Shown one piece after another: positions 1 through 9,370 of a stretch of DNA of 64,000 bases; within the stretch, counting starts at the first letter, position 1, and each line of letters starts with the position of its first letter. The notes below the pieces were generated by a model. It saw only the letters and a program-made list of their open reading frames with translations. It was not told the origin of the DNA and ran no database searches. The position numbers and the translations under genes were made by a program. This DNA is from an uncultured Thiotrichales bacterium (GTDB lineage: Bacteria > Pseudomonadota > Gammaproteobacteria > CAZUMV01). The DNA lies in assembly GCA_938042355.1 (NCBI GenBank), contig CALIRD010000099.1, positions 6 through 64,005 of the forward strand, written 5' to 3'.

Positions 1-1005
1 CTGGCCACCACAACGAATCACCGCGCCATGCAGTAATGCGTCGTCCAGTTGCTCCTGGACTTTGTCACCTTGCGCCGGAAATATAAATGGACCAATATGT
101 CCAGACATCAAGTCAGGATAGTTGAGTTTGATTTCACTGGCCTTCTCTACCAACAAGTCTATAAATTCTGAATAGACTGAACTATGCACATACACTCGTT
201 CCAGTGATTGGCAGGTTTGCCCGGTTAGTCCTGCAGCACTGCGTAAAATTCCTGTAGCGGCAGCATCAAGGTCAGCATCAGCCATGACGATGGCCGGGTC
301 CTTGCCTCCGAGTTCCAGAAAGGCGGGGATGAAATTTTGAGCCGCACTGATCGCTACTTTTTTTCCGGTGGCGACACTGCCGGTAAAACAGATACTATCA
401 ACGTTATCGATCAATGCTTTACCGGTTTCAGCTGCGCCCAGAACCAACGACAAAACTTTTGCCAGTTCGGGTACCTTCTCGATTGTATCTTGCAGGGGTA
501 TGGCAAATCGCGGGGTGACTTCGCTGGGTTTTATGATCACAGCAGATCCAGCCAGTAAGGCGGGTATGGCATCAATCAATCCTAAAATAAGGGGGACATT
601 CCAGGGGCTAATTATGCCTACAAGAGGGTAGGGTATTTGTAATGTTTCATAGTTAACGCTCGGTACCATCGCTGAGGTTGACTCAATTCTCGCTGCTTTT
701 GCGAGATCAGGGACAACATTACACCAGTATTCAATCCTGTCGATAACACTATCGACTTCAATGGCAGCCACCATGTGTCTACCAGTATCAATAGTTAATG
801 CGGCCGTTATATCCTGTCTATTATCGGCAATAGCCTCACGCCATTTGCGCAGGATTTCGCAACGTTCTTCAACCGAGTATGCAGCCCAAAGCGGCTGAGA
901 CTCGCGTAAGCTATTGCATCTAGTAGCCACCTGATCAGTGCTGACCGCTTCAAAGCTGAAATCATTTGCGCCAGTGCGTGGATTGGTTACTTGTATTAAT
1001 GTCAT
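1..1005 (-). CDS. NAD(P)-dependent aldehyde dehydrogenase, 3' part truncated by window edge
   Basis: Reverse strand reads MTLIQVTNPRTGANDFSF... from ATG (complement of 1003-1005) to the window edge without stops. Contains ELGGKDPAIV and the catalytic Cys context GQTCQSLERVYV typical of ALDH. Not in the ORF track because it is open-ended. Confidence 0.75.
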   Translation of the reverse strand, partial: MTLIQVTNPRTGANDFSFEAVSTDQVATRCNSLRESQPLWAAYSVEERCEILRKWREAIADNRQDITAALTIDTGRHMVAAIEVDSVIDRIEYWCNVVPDLAKAARIESTSAMVPSVNYETLQIPYPLVGIISPWNVPLILGLIDAIPALLAGSAVIIKPSEVTPRFAIPLQDTIEKVPELAKVLSLVLGAAETGKALIDNVDSICFTGSVATGKKVAISAAQNFIPAFLELGGKDPAIVMADADLDAAATGILRSAAGLTGQTCQSLERVYVHSSVYSEFIDLLVEKASEIKLNYPDLMSGHIGPFIFPAQGDKVQEQLDDALLHGAVIRCGGQ

Positions 1006-1043
1006 GCAGATCGTCCATCTGTGGATGGTTTTATTATACTATA

Positions 1044-1063
1044 ATGACATAACAATATGTCAT
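1044..1063. promoter_or_regulatory. Inverted repeat ATGACATA-acaa-TATGTCAT (8-4-8) in a divergent intergenic region; candidate GntR/HutC-type operator
   Basis: Perfect 8-bp arms read directly from the sequence. Sits between the divergent ALDH (-) and CN-hydrolase (+) genes, overlaps the ATG at 1057, and lies upstream of the GntR gene at 2182. Confidence 0.35.
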
Positions 1064-2124
1064 TTGACCCCGGAGCCTGTGTGAATTCATCCCAGCCTTT
1101 TAATGCCCTGGCATTACAAATCAATACTCGTTCAGTGAATAAATGCAGTGACAGATCATCAGCGCAAGATGTCATTGATGCCAATCTTGAGCATATCGAA
1201 AAACTCTTGACGGGAAGTAGTCGTTTTATTCAGGTTTTCGGTGGTGATGCTGTTCGACTAGTGGTTTTACCTGAGTATTGTCTGACCAGTTATCCATTTG
1301 GAGAAAGTATCGAAGCCTGGAAAGAAAAAGCCTGTCTTGTACAAAATGGACCAGAATATGAACGGCTGGGGAAACTGGCTCAAACGTTGAACATTTATCT
1401 GTCGGGTAATGTCTATGAGCTGGATGAGCATTTCCCTGATTTATATTTTCAAGTGAGTTTTATAATCGGTCCTAATGGAGATGTGATTTGTCGATATCGG
1501 CGCTTGATCTCAATGTTTGCACCAACGCCGCATGACGTATTGGATGCGTATCTTGATCATTATGGTAAAGAGAGTTTGTTTCCGGTCGTTAAAACAGAGC
1601 TGGGCAATCTCGCTTGTGTGGCGTCTGAAGAAATACTCTATCCGGAGTTGAGTCGTGCGCTAATGCTTAATGGGGCAGAAATAATTTGTCATTCATCGAG
1701 TGAAGTAGCCAGTAATTTACTCAGTCCCAAAAACATAGCAAAACGTGCGCGAGCTATTGAGAATATGGCTTATGTAGTGTCGGCAAACAGTGCTGCATTG
1801 ACAGAGCTTGATTTTCCGCCCGACTCAACCACTGGCTCATCCCAGATTGTAGACTATAGAGGATCTGTGTTAGCTGAGACAATTGCCGGTGAGTCCAGTA
1901 ATGCCAATGCTCTGATCGATATACAAAGGTTGCGAGAGGCGAGACGTAAACCAGCGATGACTAACTTGCTGGCGCGTCAGCGTTATGAGGTTGTTCGTGA
2001 TTGCTATACAGAAACGATTTATCCGGCCAACAATCTTGATAATAAATTACCTAACAGAGCACATTTTATGCAAACTCAAACAGAAGTGATCGAAGGTTTG
2101 ATAAAACGTGGTGTTATTGAATAA
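1057..2124 (+). CDS. Carbon-nitrogen hydrolase (nitrilase/amidase superfamily) protein
   Basis: 355-aa ORF with the VVLPEY glutamate motif and overall CN-hydrolase architecture. The usual R-K and C-W-E catalytic contexts look non-canonical (RYRRL, LACVASEE). Confidence 0.65.
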   Translation: MSFDPGACVNSSQPFNALALQINTRSVNKCSDRSSAQDVIDANLEHIEKLLTGSSRFIQVFGGDAVRLVVLPEYCLTSYPFGESIEAWKEKACLVQNGPEYERLGKLAQTLNIYLSGNVYELDEHFPDLYFQVSFIIGPNGDVICRYRRLISMFAPTPHDVLDAYLDHYGKESLFPVVKTELGNLACVASEEILYPELSRALMLNGAEIICHSSSEVASNLLSPKNIAKRARAIENMAYVVSANSAALTELDFPPDSTTGSSQIVDYRGSVLAETIAGESSNANALIDIQRLREARRKPAMTNLLARQRYEVVRDCYTETIYPANNLDNKLPNRAHFMQTQTEVIEGLIKRGVIE

Positions 2125-2181
2125 AGGTTCATCTTGGCAATCAACTATTGTTGTCAGCTGCCATACCAAGGAAAGTGAGAT

Positions 2182-2955
2182 ATGAAAAAAATTGAAGAGG
2201 TTTTTACCAAGCGTGAACGTGAGTCACTCAGCTCAGAAGCGCCTGCGCCGCTCTATCACCAGATGTATACGTTGTTAAAAAACAGGATTCTTGATGGGTC
2301 AATCGCACACGGCGAGAAAATGCCAACCGAACAAGATCTGGCAGCTGGTTTCAATGTATCAAGAATTACTACAAAGCGTGCGATGGATGAGCTGGCAGCC
2401 GACAGTTTGATAGAACGACATCGCGGCAAAGGTAGTCATGTTGTCTATCACTATGAGCCAGAGCAAATTCAGGCACCATTGGTAGGCATGTTGGAAAAGT
2501 TGGCGAGCATGAGTCGCTCAACTAAAATAAAGGTTCTCGAAGCCGAAAAGGTTACGCCACCAGCTGACATCGGACGTCAGTTACAAGTCGCGGACGGTGA
2601 AGGTGTATTGCATGTCAAGCGTGTGCGTCGTGACGAAGAGGATATTCCATTTGCGTGGTATGAAAGCTGGACCCTGGGAGTAACCAGGGGCTTTACCAAG
2701 CGCTCGCTTGAGTCAAGAGCCCGATTTGAAATTTTGGCCGATAGTGGTATCACCATCGCACACATTGAACAATATCTGAGTGCTGACAAGGCGTCAGCAG
2801 ATGTCGCTAAAGAATTGAAAATGTCGGTGGGTGATCCGGTTTTGACGCTAATGCGGCACTCTTATGATGAAGACGAAAATCTCGTCGATATTATTCATTG
2901 CCAATACCACCCGAAAAGATTTCACTACCGGATGAACTTAAGGATGGATGATTAA
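2182..2955 (+). CDS. GntR/HutC-family transcriptional regulator (wHTH + UTRA effector domain)
   Basis: N-terminal motif PTEQDLAAGFNVSRITTKRAMDELAADSLIERHRGKGSHV is typical of a GntR HTH. RBS AAGGAAAG lies upstream of the ATG. The ~250-aa length fits the HutC subfamily. Confidence 0.85.
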   Translation: MKKIEEVFTKRERESLSSEAPAPLYHQMYTLLKNRILDGSIAHGEKMPTEQDLAAGFNVSRITTKRAMDELAADSLIERHRGKGSHVVYHYEPEQIQAPLVGMLEKLASMSRSTKIKVLEAEKVTPPADIGRQLQVADGEGVLHVKRVRRDEEDIPFAWYESWTLGVTRGFTKRSLESRARFEILADSGITIAHIEQYLSADKASADVAKELKMSVGDPVLTLMRHSYDEDENLVDIIHCQYHPKRFHYRMNLRMDD

Positions 2956-3830
2956 TGCGTACTCTTGGCCCGGCCCTGTGTGGCACAGTAGTCTGTACAA
3001 ACCTGAATGAATCAGTAGAAGTATATAAGTCACTGAGTATGACGTTGGTTAAAAGCGGAGAAGTTAATCAGCAGTTAGCAGACTTTTGGCATGCCCCGGC
3101 TACCGCTGGTGCGCAGTATGCCATCCTTGCATCTGCGAGTGATGCTGCTTGGATACGATTGATTGAAGATCCGGTCGCTGCTAAAGATTTTGTACCGTTC
3201 GAGACGCATGGCTGGTTATCACTTGAAGTGTCCGTCAATGATGTCGATACACTCGCCGTGAAACTTGCTGGTTCAGGTTTCAAGATAATAGGCGAGCCCG
3301 CCAATCTGGATGTAAGTGATGCAATACGTGCGATGCAGGTACAAGGTCCTTCCGGTGAGATTTTATATCTTACAGAGGTCAGGGATGATGTGCCTCCGTT
3401 TGAATTACCAAAGGCTTCAACGGAAGTAGATAATCTGTTTATACCAGTAATGATTACACCTTCTCGAGATGAGTCCGCTGATATGTTTATGCAATTCGAC
3501 GGGCTGGATAAGTTCCTGTTCGACACCAAAATTACTGTCATTAACAAGGCCTATGGCTATGAGATTCTACGCAAGCACCCGGTGGCGGTATTGCAACTGG
3601 CTGACAATTCGATGATTGAATTGGATCAAATCGATGAGGCGGTTCCCAGACAAAGGCTCGATGGTCATTTGTCCGGAGGTATTGCTATGGTGTCATTTAT
3701 GACAGAGGGAAAGTCGCCGATTGTCTTAGACTCCGCTGATGAATTCGGGCGTAGTATTTATGCGAGAAAGCAAGCAGGTTACCGAACCGGGATAGCGGGA
3801 GAGGGTGTAGAAGTAATTTCAGCTAGATAA
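2955..3830 (+). CDS. Hypothetical protein, possibly a two-domain VOC/glyoxalase-like fold
   Basis: 291-aa ORF whose start overlaps the GntR stop (TAATG). The HGWLSLEVSVNDVDTLAVKLAGSGFKIIGEP segment resembles the VOC fold. No firm family assignment. Confidence 0.4.
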   Translation: MRTLGPALCGTVVCTNLNESVEVYKSLSMTLVKSGEVNQQLADFWHAPATAGAQYAILASASDAAWIRLIEDPVAAKDFVPFETHGWLSLEVSVNDVDTLAVKLAGSGFKIIGEPANLDVSDAIRAMQVQGPSGEILYLTEVRDDVPPFELPKASTEVDNLFIPVMITPSRDESADMFMQFDGLDKFLFDTKITVINKAYGYEILRKHPVAVLQLADNSMIELDQIDEAVPRQRLDGHLSGGIAMVSFMTEGKSPIVLDSADEFGRSIYARKQAGYRTGIAGEGVEVISAR

Positions 3831-3849
3831 AATCAACTCTCAAAAGAAA

Positions 3850-3879
3850 GCGGCCCTCTTTGAGGGCCGCTTTTATTTT
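3850..3879. terminator. Bidirectional rho-independent terminator between convergent genes
   Basis: GCGGCCCTC-ttt-GAGGGCCGC perfect 9-bp stem, followed by TTTTATTTT on the + strand and by a T-run on the - strand (complement of caaaagaaag). Confidence 0.7.
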
Positions 3880-3897
3880 GCTTATGGTAGTGAGTTG

Positions 3898-6399
3898 TTA
3901 GAAATTATAAGTTAACTCAAGGCCATAACTATCTCCGGCAGACTGGTGGTTGAAACTACCGCCAAACTCCGGTGCAGGAATGATTTCTTCCAGATAACTT
4001 TCATCGGTGATGTTTCTGCCCCAGGCGGTCACACTCCAGTTATCGGATTCCAGGCCAATTCGCAGGTTCAATGTGTCATAAGCATCACGTTGTGAATTGG
4101 TGAAATCTTGCAACAAGCCCGGGCCAAAGAATGCTTGCCAAATGGTGGGTGTCTGCTCACCTTGTAATGTATGGAACCAGGTTTCACCAACATACTGCCA
4201 GTCCGCTCTGGCGAACAATGTTTTGTCTCCAAAGACGGGGTATTCAACCAGTGCGCCAAGATTGAAAGTCTCATTAGGGGCTTGTGGTAGATCGTTACCG
4301 ACTGAGAGTGGACGATTATTATTCTGCTTGATTTCCGAGTCGAGTAAACCTATGCCTCCGAATATGCTGAAATTATCATTCGCAACAAAATTAAAGTCTG
4401 CTTCAAACCCTTGTACCTGTGCTTCCTCGATAGTGGTTACTACACGTAACAAACCAAAAGGACCGGCGAAGAATTCAAAAAACTGGTTGTCATCAATTTG
4501 AGTATTGAAGACTGCTGCGTTGAGTGTCAGGCGACCGTCCAGCAAGGTACTCTTGACGCCAACTTCCAAATTGGTGGTGACTTCTTTGTCATACTCGTCG
4601 CGTATGACCAAATTGGCACCAACTGCTTCCCCTGCGCCACCAAAGCCGGTATTGAACCAGAAGTTTAAGAGGTCCTGGCTTCCGAGTGAGTTAAAGCCAC
4701 CGCTTCTGAAGCCGACACCCCAGCTGCCGTATATATTCAAATTTTCTTGTGGTTGATAGCTGACTGTTAATTTGGGCTGTAGCTGATCAAAGGATTTCGT
4801 ACGACTGGGGATACCACCAGGGTTGGTCACCAGAGCCGGGTTGATAGGGCCTGTCGCATTGTTAATATTGAGACCTGATGCAGCGACATTAGGAACCTGA
4901 TTATTGACCTGTCGTTCTTCACTGTCATAGCGCAAAGCAAATGCCAGTTCAGTGGTGTCTGAAATGTCATATTCAAGTTGTCCGAATAATGCAAAGACAT
5001 CGGTATCAAACTCGTCCCAGAACAAAAGATCTGTAGGGTTCGGACCAGTAGCGGGAACATAAGGCTGTCTCAAGAACCCCTGGCCTTGATCAGCACCGTA
5101 GGCAACGACTACTTCTCGCTCAATTTGAGTGGCATAGACGCCAGCTATCCAGCGTAAATCCTGATCCTGATCGGAACTGATGCGTACTTCAGCACTGAAG
5201 TCTTCCTGATTACGCTCCTGATATTGATATCCATCACACGCCGTTGGAGTGTAAGGACCATAGACGCCGGTAAAATCATTGCCAGGACCAGGTGGTAATA
5301 CGCCAAATGGTTGAAATGCCGGGCCAAACAAGTCAGGGCTGGCAAAGCTGTTCAAGCTGGCACGGTCAGCCTGACAAGCTGGTGTTAACTCGTAACCATA
5401 GAAAGTGGCACTAGTGCCATCCGAGAGCAGGTATTCTTCAAGATTGTTGTATGTAATGTTTGCAGTGACATCACCTATTTCGGCCGCATAATCCATCTTC
5501 AATGACAGATCTGTCGTTTCTTGTTCATTTTCCCCGGGGACGTTGAAGGTGTATCTGAAGTCCATGCTGTTTACGTCTTGATTGAAAGTTGGACTACCGA
5601 AGATTGAAACAAAGGCCGGTATGGCGAAGGCAGCATTAAAGTTAATAGCACCACCGCTGACTTCCGAGTGTCCAACCTTGAGATCAAATGCCAGGTCATC
5701 AGAATAATCCCACATCAAACGAGCACGTGCCGTATCATCTTCCAGATAATCCACTTCTCCATCGTTACCCGTAAAAATGTTAGTGTAAAAACCATCAGTT
5801 TCACTGTGGCTGTAGCTGAAACTACCTTTGATGTTTTCGGAAATAGGGCCTCCTATACTGGCTGCAACTTTGGCTCTGCCCTGACTGCCGCCACTGAGCT
5901 TGATTTTACCCTCCAATTCATCACCTGGTGCTTTGGTTGTCACGAGAATGGCTCCGGCGACTGCATTGCGGCCATATAAAGCGCCCTGCGGGCCTTTCAA
6001 TACTTCAATTTGTTGTATATCTACTAATTCCTCATTGAAGGCATTGGGGTTGGTGTTCAGAACACCATCAACAACATACGCAAATGTAGATTCAGCATCA
6101 CGCGTCGATACAATTCCGCGAATACTGACTTGAGTATCTCCGACGTTGGCACTGTCTACGATCGTGACATTTGGCATCAGTGTGATGAAGTCATTGGGAC
6201 GATCAATACCAGCCTGTTGAATAGTTCTTTCTGTAAACGCCTTTATTGCAATGGGCACCTCTTGCAGATTTTCAGAACGTTTTCTTGCAGTTACAACGAT
6301 TTCTTCAAGTTCAGCCGCAGCCGCTGATGTTAAAGGTAAAAGGACGGCCGTCGAAATGAATAACAAAGCCGTGATAACAACACGAAGTTGATGTGACAT
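3898..6399 (-). CDS. TonB-dependent outer-membrane receptor
   Basis: 833 aa with a signal peptide. The plug region contains EEIVVTARKR...EVPIAI. Long beta-barrel with the C-terminal ...LELTYNF terminal-Phe signature. Confidence 0.9.
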   Translation of the reverse strand: MSHQLRVVITALLFISTAVLLPLTSAAAAELEEIVVTARKRSENLQEVPIAIKAFTERTIQQAGIDRPNDFITLMPNVTIVDSANVGDTQVSIRGIVSTRDAESTFAYVVDGVLNTNPNAFNEELVDIQQIEVLKGPQGALYGRNAVAGAILVTTKAPGDELEGKIKLSGGSQGRAKVAASIGGPISENIKGSFSYSHSETDGFYTNIFTGNDGEVDYLEDDTARARLMWDYSDDLAFDLKVGHSEVSGGAINFNAAFAIPAFVSIFGSPTFNQDVNSMDFRYTFNVPGENEQETTDLSLKMDYAAEIGDVTANITYNNLEEYLLSDGTSATFYGYELTPACQADRASLNSFASPDLFGPAFQPFGVLPPGPGNDFTGVYGPYTPTACDGYQYQERNQEDFSAEVRISSDQDQDLRWIAGVYATQIEREVVVAYGADQGQGFLRQPYVPATGPNPTDLLFWDEFDTDVFALFGQLEYDISDTTELAFALRYDSEERQVNNQVPNVAASGLNINNATGPINPALVTNPGGIPSRTKSFDQLQPKLTVSYQPQENLNIYGSWGVGFRSGGFNSLGSQDLLNFWFNTGFGGAGEAVGANLVIRDEYDKEVTTNLEVGVKSTLLDGRLTLNAAVFNTQIDDNQFFEFFAGPFGLLRVVTTIEEAQVQGFEADFNFVANDNFSIFGGIGLLDSEIKQNNNRPLSVGNDLPQAPNETFNLGALVEYPVFGDKTLFARADWQYVGETWFHTLQGEQTPTIWQAFFGPGLLQDFTNSQRDAYDTLNLRIGLESDNWSVTAWGRNITDESYLEEIIPAPEFGGSFNHQSAGDSYGLELTYNF

Positions 6400-6504
6400 G
6401 ATTGCTCCCCCTGAAAGAGTCTCTATGAATATTGGTTTTATCAGTCTTTATATAGTGAAGATGATTGGCCGGTTTGTCCAGAAAACAAACAGTAATGATT
6501 GTTT

Positions 6505-6903
6505 TTAGTTGTCTTCAGTGAGCTGTATCTGCGTACTAAAAAAGGCTTTTGGGTCGAGGTCCTGAACTTGCCAATTATCGAGACCGGCTCTTTGCGAGCC
6601 TATCAGTCCTATTTTACTTTTCTTGACAGACTCTAGACAGTTTTCCAGATTATTGGTACCCAAAGAAATTAAAAAGAAGCCCTCACCATGCTCTCGCATG
6701 TGTCTCGCGGGAATGCTTTCTTTATCTAACGGTTGTACCAAAACTAACCAGGCATCACCTAATCGGGTTTTGGCGGTACGTACAGCGCGTTGCTCTAGCT
6801 GATCAAATTCAAATGGCCCGATACCTGGTAATTTTTGATACTGAATGACTGCATTTTCAAGGTTTTGAACGAGAAAATTAATGTGGTGTATATGCGTGAT
6901 CAT
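6505..6903 (-). CDS. VOC-family (glyoxalase/bleomycin-resistance/dioxygenase fold) protein
   Basis: 132 aa. The N-terminal HHINFLVQNLENAV pattern is typical of VOC/methylmalonyl-CoA-epimerase-like proteins. Confidence 0.5.
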   Translation of the reverse strand: MITHIHHINFLVQNLENAVIQYQKLPGIGPFEFDQLEQRAVRTAKTRLGDAWLVLVQPLDKESIPARHMREHGEGFFLISLGTNNLENCLESVKKSKIGLIGSQRAGLDNWQVQDLDPKAFFSTQIQLTEDN

Positions 6904-7071
6904 CGGCTTGATCTCAATGGTTCAGATTTGATTTACAATCATAAAGTATTATTTATCAGGGCCATATGAATTTCTCATTTTCACAGTGTTATAGAGAGAT
7001 TGTATAGGGTACACAAGAGTCTATTTCTATATAATCAGTACATTAATTTAGCTACGACAGAGAATGTTCAG

Positions 7072-8724
7072 ATGACCCGAGAATCGATGGAATATGATGT
7101 TGTTATTGTTGGTGCCGGGCCGGCTGGCTTGTCAACCGCAATCAGACTCAAACAACTTGCTGCTGAAACTGATCAGGAAATTTCAGTCTGTATCTTGGAA
7201 AAGGGGTCTGAGGTTGGCGCGCATATACTTTCTGGAGCAGTTGTTGATCCTCGGGCAATCGATGAGTTATTGCCTGACTGGAAAGAATCAGGCGCACCGT
7301 TAAATACAGCGGTAACTCGTGACGAAATGTATTTTTTCACCGGTCTCAGAAAACAATTTAAAATGCCGGGTTTGTTTCTTCCAAAGCCTATGCATAACAA
7401 AGGCAACTACATCGTTAGTCTGGCGAATGTTTGTCGCTGGCTGGGAGAGCAGGCAGAAGCGCTTGAAGTGGAAATTTTCCCTGGCTTTGCGGCATCAGAA
7501 GTATTGTTTCATGAGAATGGATCTATCAAAGGAGTGGCCACCGGTGACATGGGTCGTGGACATGATGGTCAGCAAAAGGATAGTTTTGAGTCTGGCATCG
7601 AGTTACATGCAAAATACACAATTTTTTCGGAAGGCTGTCGTGGTCATCTCGGTAAGCAATTGATCGAAAAGTTTGAATTGGACAGCAATAGTCTGCCACA
7701 GCATTACGCGATTGGCTTAAAGGAGTTGTGGGATATAGATCCAGACAAACACGAAGCTGGTTTGGTGATACACGGAGCAGGTTGGCCTCTCAAAGAGTCT
7801 GGTAGTAGCGGTGGTTTCTTCCTGTATCATACTGACAATAATCAAGTCTCGGTTGGTTTGATTGCGGACCTGAATTACAGCAATCCACATCTCTCACCCT
7901 ATGATGAATTTCAGCGATTTAAGCATCATCCTAAAATCGCCCAATATCTTGAAGGTGGTAAACGCGTATCTTATGGGGCTCGGGCCATCGTTAAGGGCGG
8001 CTTGAATTCACTGCCAAAAATGACAATGCCAGGCGCCTTATTAATTGGCTGCAATGCTGGCACTCTGAACTTTTCGAAAATAAAGGGTACGCATACGGCC
8101 ATGAAGTCGGGCATGATTGCCGCAGAAACGCTAGCGGCGGCATTCAAGGCTGGTGATAAAGGAGGTAGTGAATTAACTGCCTATACCGAGAATTTTAAAA
8201 ACTCCTGGTTGTACAAAGAGCTCTATGGCAGTAGGAATTGGGGAGCCGCTTTGCATAAGTGGGGTAACTGGGTTGGTGGTGCATACAACTTTCTGGATCA
8301 GAATATCTTTGGTGGTAAAATCCCGCTTAACCTCAAAGACAGTAAGCCTGATTATGCCCAGCTAAAGTTGGCGAGTGAATGCCCAACAATTGACTATCCC
8401 AAGCCTGATGGGAAGCTGAGTTTTGACAAGCTCTCTTCAGTATTCCTCTCGAGTACCAATCATGAAGAAGATCAGCCATGCCATTTAACCTTGAAGGACG
8501 ATCAAATACCGGTTACTAAAAACCTGCCACTCTATGATGCACCGGAGCAACGTTATTGTCCTGCTGGAGTCTATGAAATTATTACTGAAAACGATGAGCC
8601 GCGTTTGCAAATCAATGCGCAAAATTGTGTGCATTGTAAAACTTGTGATATTAAGGACCCGAGTCAGAATATTAACTGGGTAGTGCCAGAAGGAGCGGGT
8701 GGCCCAAATTATCCCAATATGTAG
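7072..8724 (+). CDS. Electron-transfer flavoprotein-ubiquinone oxidoreductase (ETF-QO)
   Basis: MEYDVVIVGAGPAGL FAD motif and the C-terminal 4Fe-4S/UQ region HCKTCDIKDPSQNINWVVPEGAGGPNYPNM. ATG at 7072 is preferred over the upstream TTG at 7000 in the track. Confidence 0.9.
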   Translation: MTRESMEYDVVIVGAGPAGLSTAIRLKQLAAETDQEISVCILEKGSEVGAHILSGAVVDPRAIDELLPDWKESGAPLNTAVTRDEMYFFTGLRKQFKMPGLFLPKPMHNKGNYIVSLANVCRWLGEQAEALEVEIFPGFAASEVLFHENGSIKGVATGDMGRGHDGQQKDSFESGIELHAKYTIFSEGCRGHLGKQLIEKFELDSNSLPQHYAIGLKELWDIDPDKHEAGLVIHGAGWPLKESGSSGGFFLYHTDNNQVSVGLIADLNYSNPHLSPYDEFQRFKHHPKIAQYLEGGKRVSYGARAIVKGGLNSLPKMTMPGALLIGCNAGTLNFSKIKGTHTAMKSGMIAAETLAAAFKAGDKGGSELTAYTENFKNSWLYKELYGSRNWGAALHKWGNWVGGAYNFLDQNIFGGKIPLNLKDSKPDYAQLKLASECPTIDYPKPDGKLSFDKLSSVFLSSTNHEEDQPCHLTLKDDQIPVTKNLPLYDAPEQRYCPAGVYEIITENDEPRLQINAQNCVHCKTCDIKDPSQNINWVVPEGAGGPNYPNM

Positions 8725-8733
8725 GAGTAAGGC

Positions 8734-9360
8734 ATGTCATTGACGCTTTATGGACTAGGTCGTTCAAGATCATTTCGTGCGCTGTGGGCACTGGAAGAGG
8801 TGGGTGTGGAGTTTGAATATCTCGACCTCGACATGGGCTCTTCGGCAGAAGATGGAAACTTGAGTTCCAGCTACCTGAAACTTAACGCGCAGGGCAAAGT
8901 GCCAACCCTGATTGATGATGAATTTGTCTTAACTGAGAGTAATGCGATCGTAAATTACGTCGCTACGTTTGCAGGTGGTGAAGGATTCGTGCCGCCGGAA
9001 AGAACGAGGGAAAGAGCAGAATATGACGAGTTGTGTTTTTTTATTCAATCGGATTTCGAACAACCGTTATGGACCTCTGGAAAACATCGTTTTGTGTTGC
9101 CTGAAGAGCATCGGGTACCTGAAGTGCTACCGACAGCAACCTGGGAGTTTGAAAAGTCACAAAGAGCGCTGAAAGAGATGGTTGACTTGAGAGGCTATGT
9201 GCTTGGAGAGAGCTTTACATTTGCTGACCTGTTGCTGGCACACACCATAGGCTGGGCGGACTCATTTAAATTTCCGGTTGACCCACAGTTATTGGCTTAT
9301 AGAGATCGACTGTTTGAACGCCCTGCTGTAGCTGCAGCTATTGCCCGCTTGCCTCATTAG
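8734..9360 (+). CDS. Glutathione S-transferase family protein
   Basis: 208 aa with a thioredoxin-like N-terminal domain (LYGLGRSRSFRALWALEEVGVEFEY) followed by a helical C-terminal domain. RBS TAGGAGTAAGGC precedes the ATG. Confidence 0.8.
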   Translation: MSLTLYGLGRSRSFRALWALEEVGVEFEYLDLDMGSSAEDGNLSSSYLKLNAQGKVPTLIDDEFVLTESNAIVNYVATFAGGEGFVPPERTRERAEYDELCFFIQSDFEQPLWTSGKHRFVLPEEHRVPEVLPTATWEFEKSQRALKEMVDLRGYVLGESFTFADLLLAHTIGWADSFKFPVDPQLLAYRDRLFERPAVAAAIARLPH

Positions 9361-9370
9361 GCAATCCCGA

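Noticed and set aside
337-631. Two + strand ORFs (73 and 87 aa) in the track
   Set aside because: They lie antisense inside the well-supported ALDH reading frame on the - strand. No RBS or domain. Typical shadow ORFs.
4068-6327. Multiple 60-134-aa ORFs on both strands inside the TonB-dependent receptor gene
   Set aside because: All overlap the 833-aa receptor CDS, which has coherent domain structure. Low-complexity translations.
7000-7071. TTG start at 7000 for ETF-QO
   Set aside because: Adds 24 residues (MYRVHKSLFLYNQYINLATTENVQ) with no similarity to ETF-QO N-termini. The ATG at 7072 or 7087 precedes the FAD fingerprint at the usual distance.
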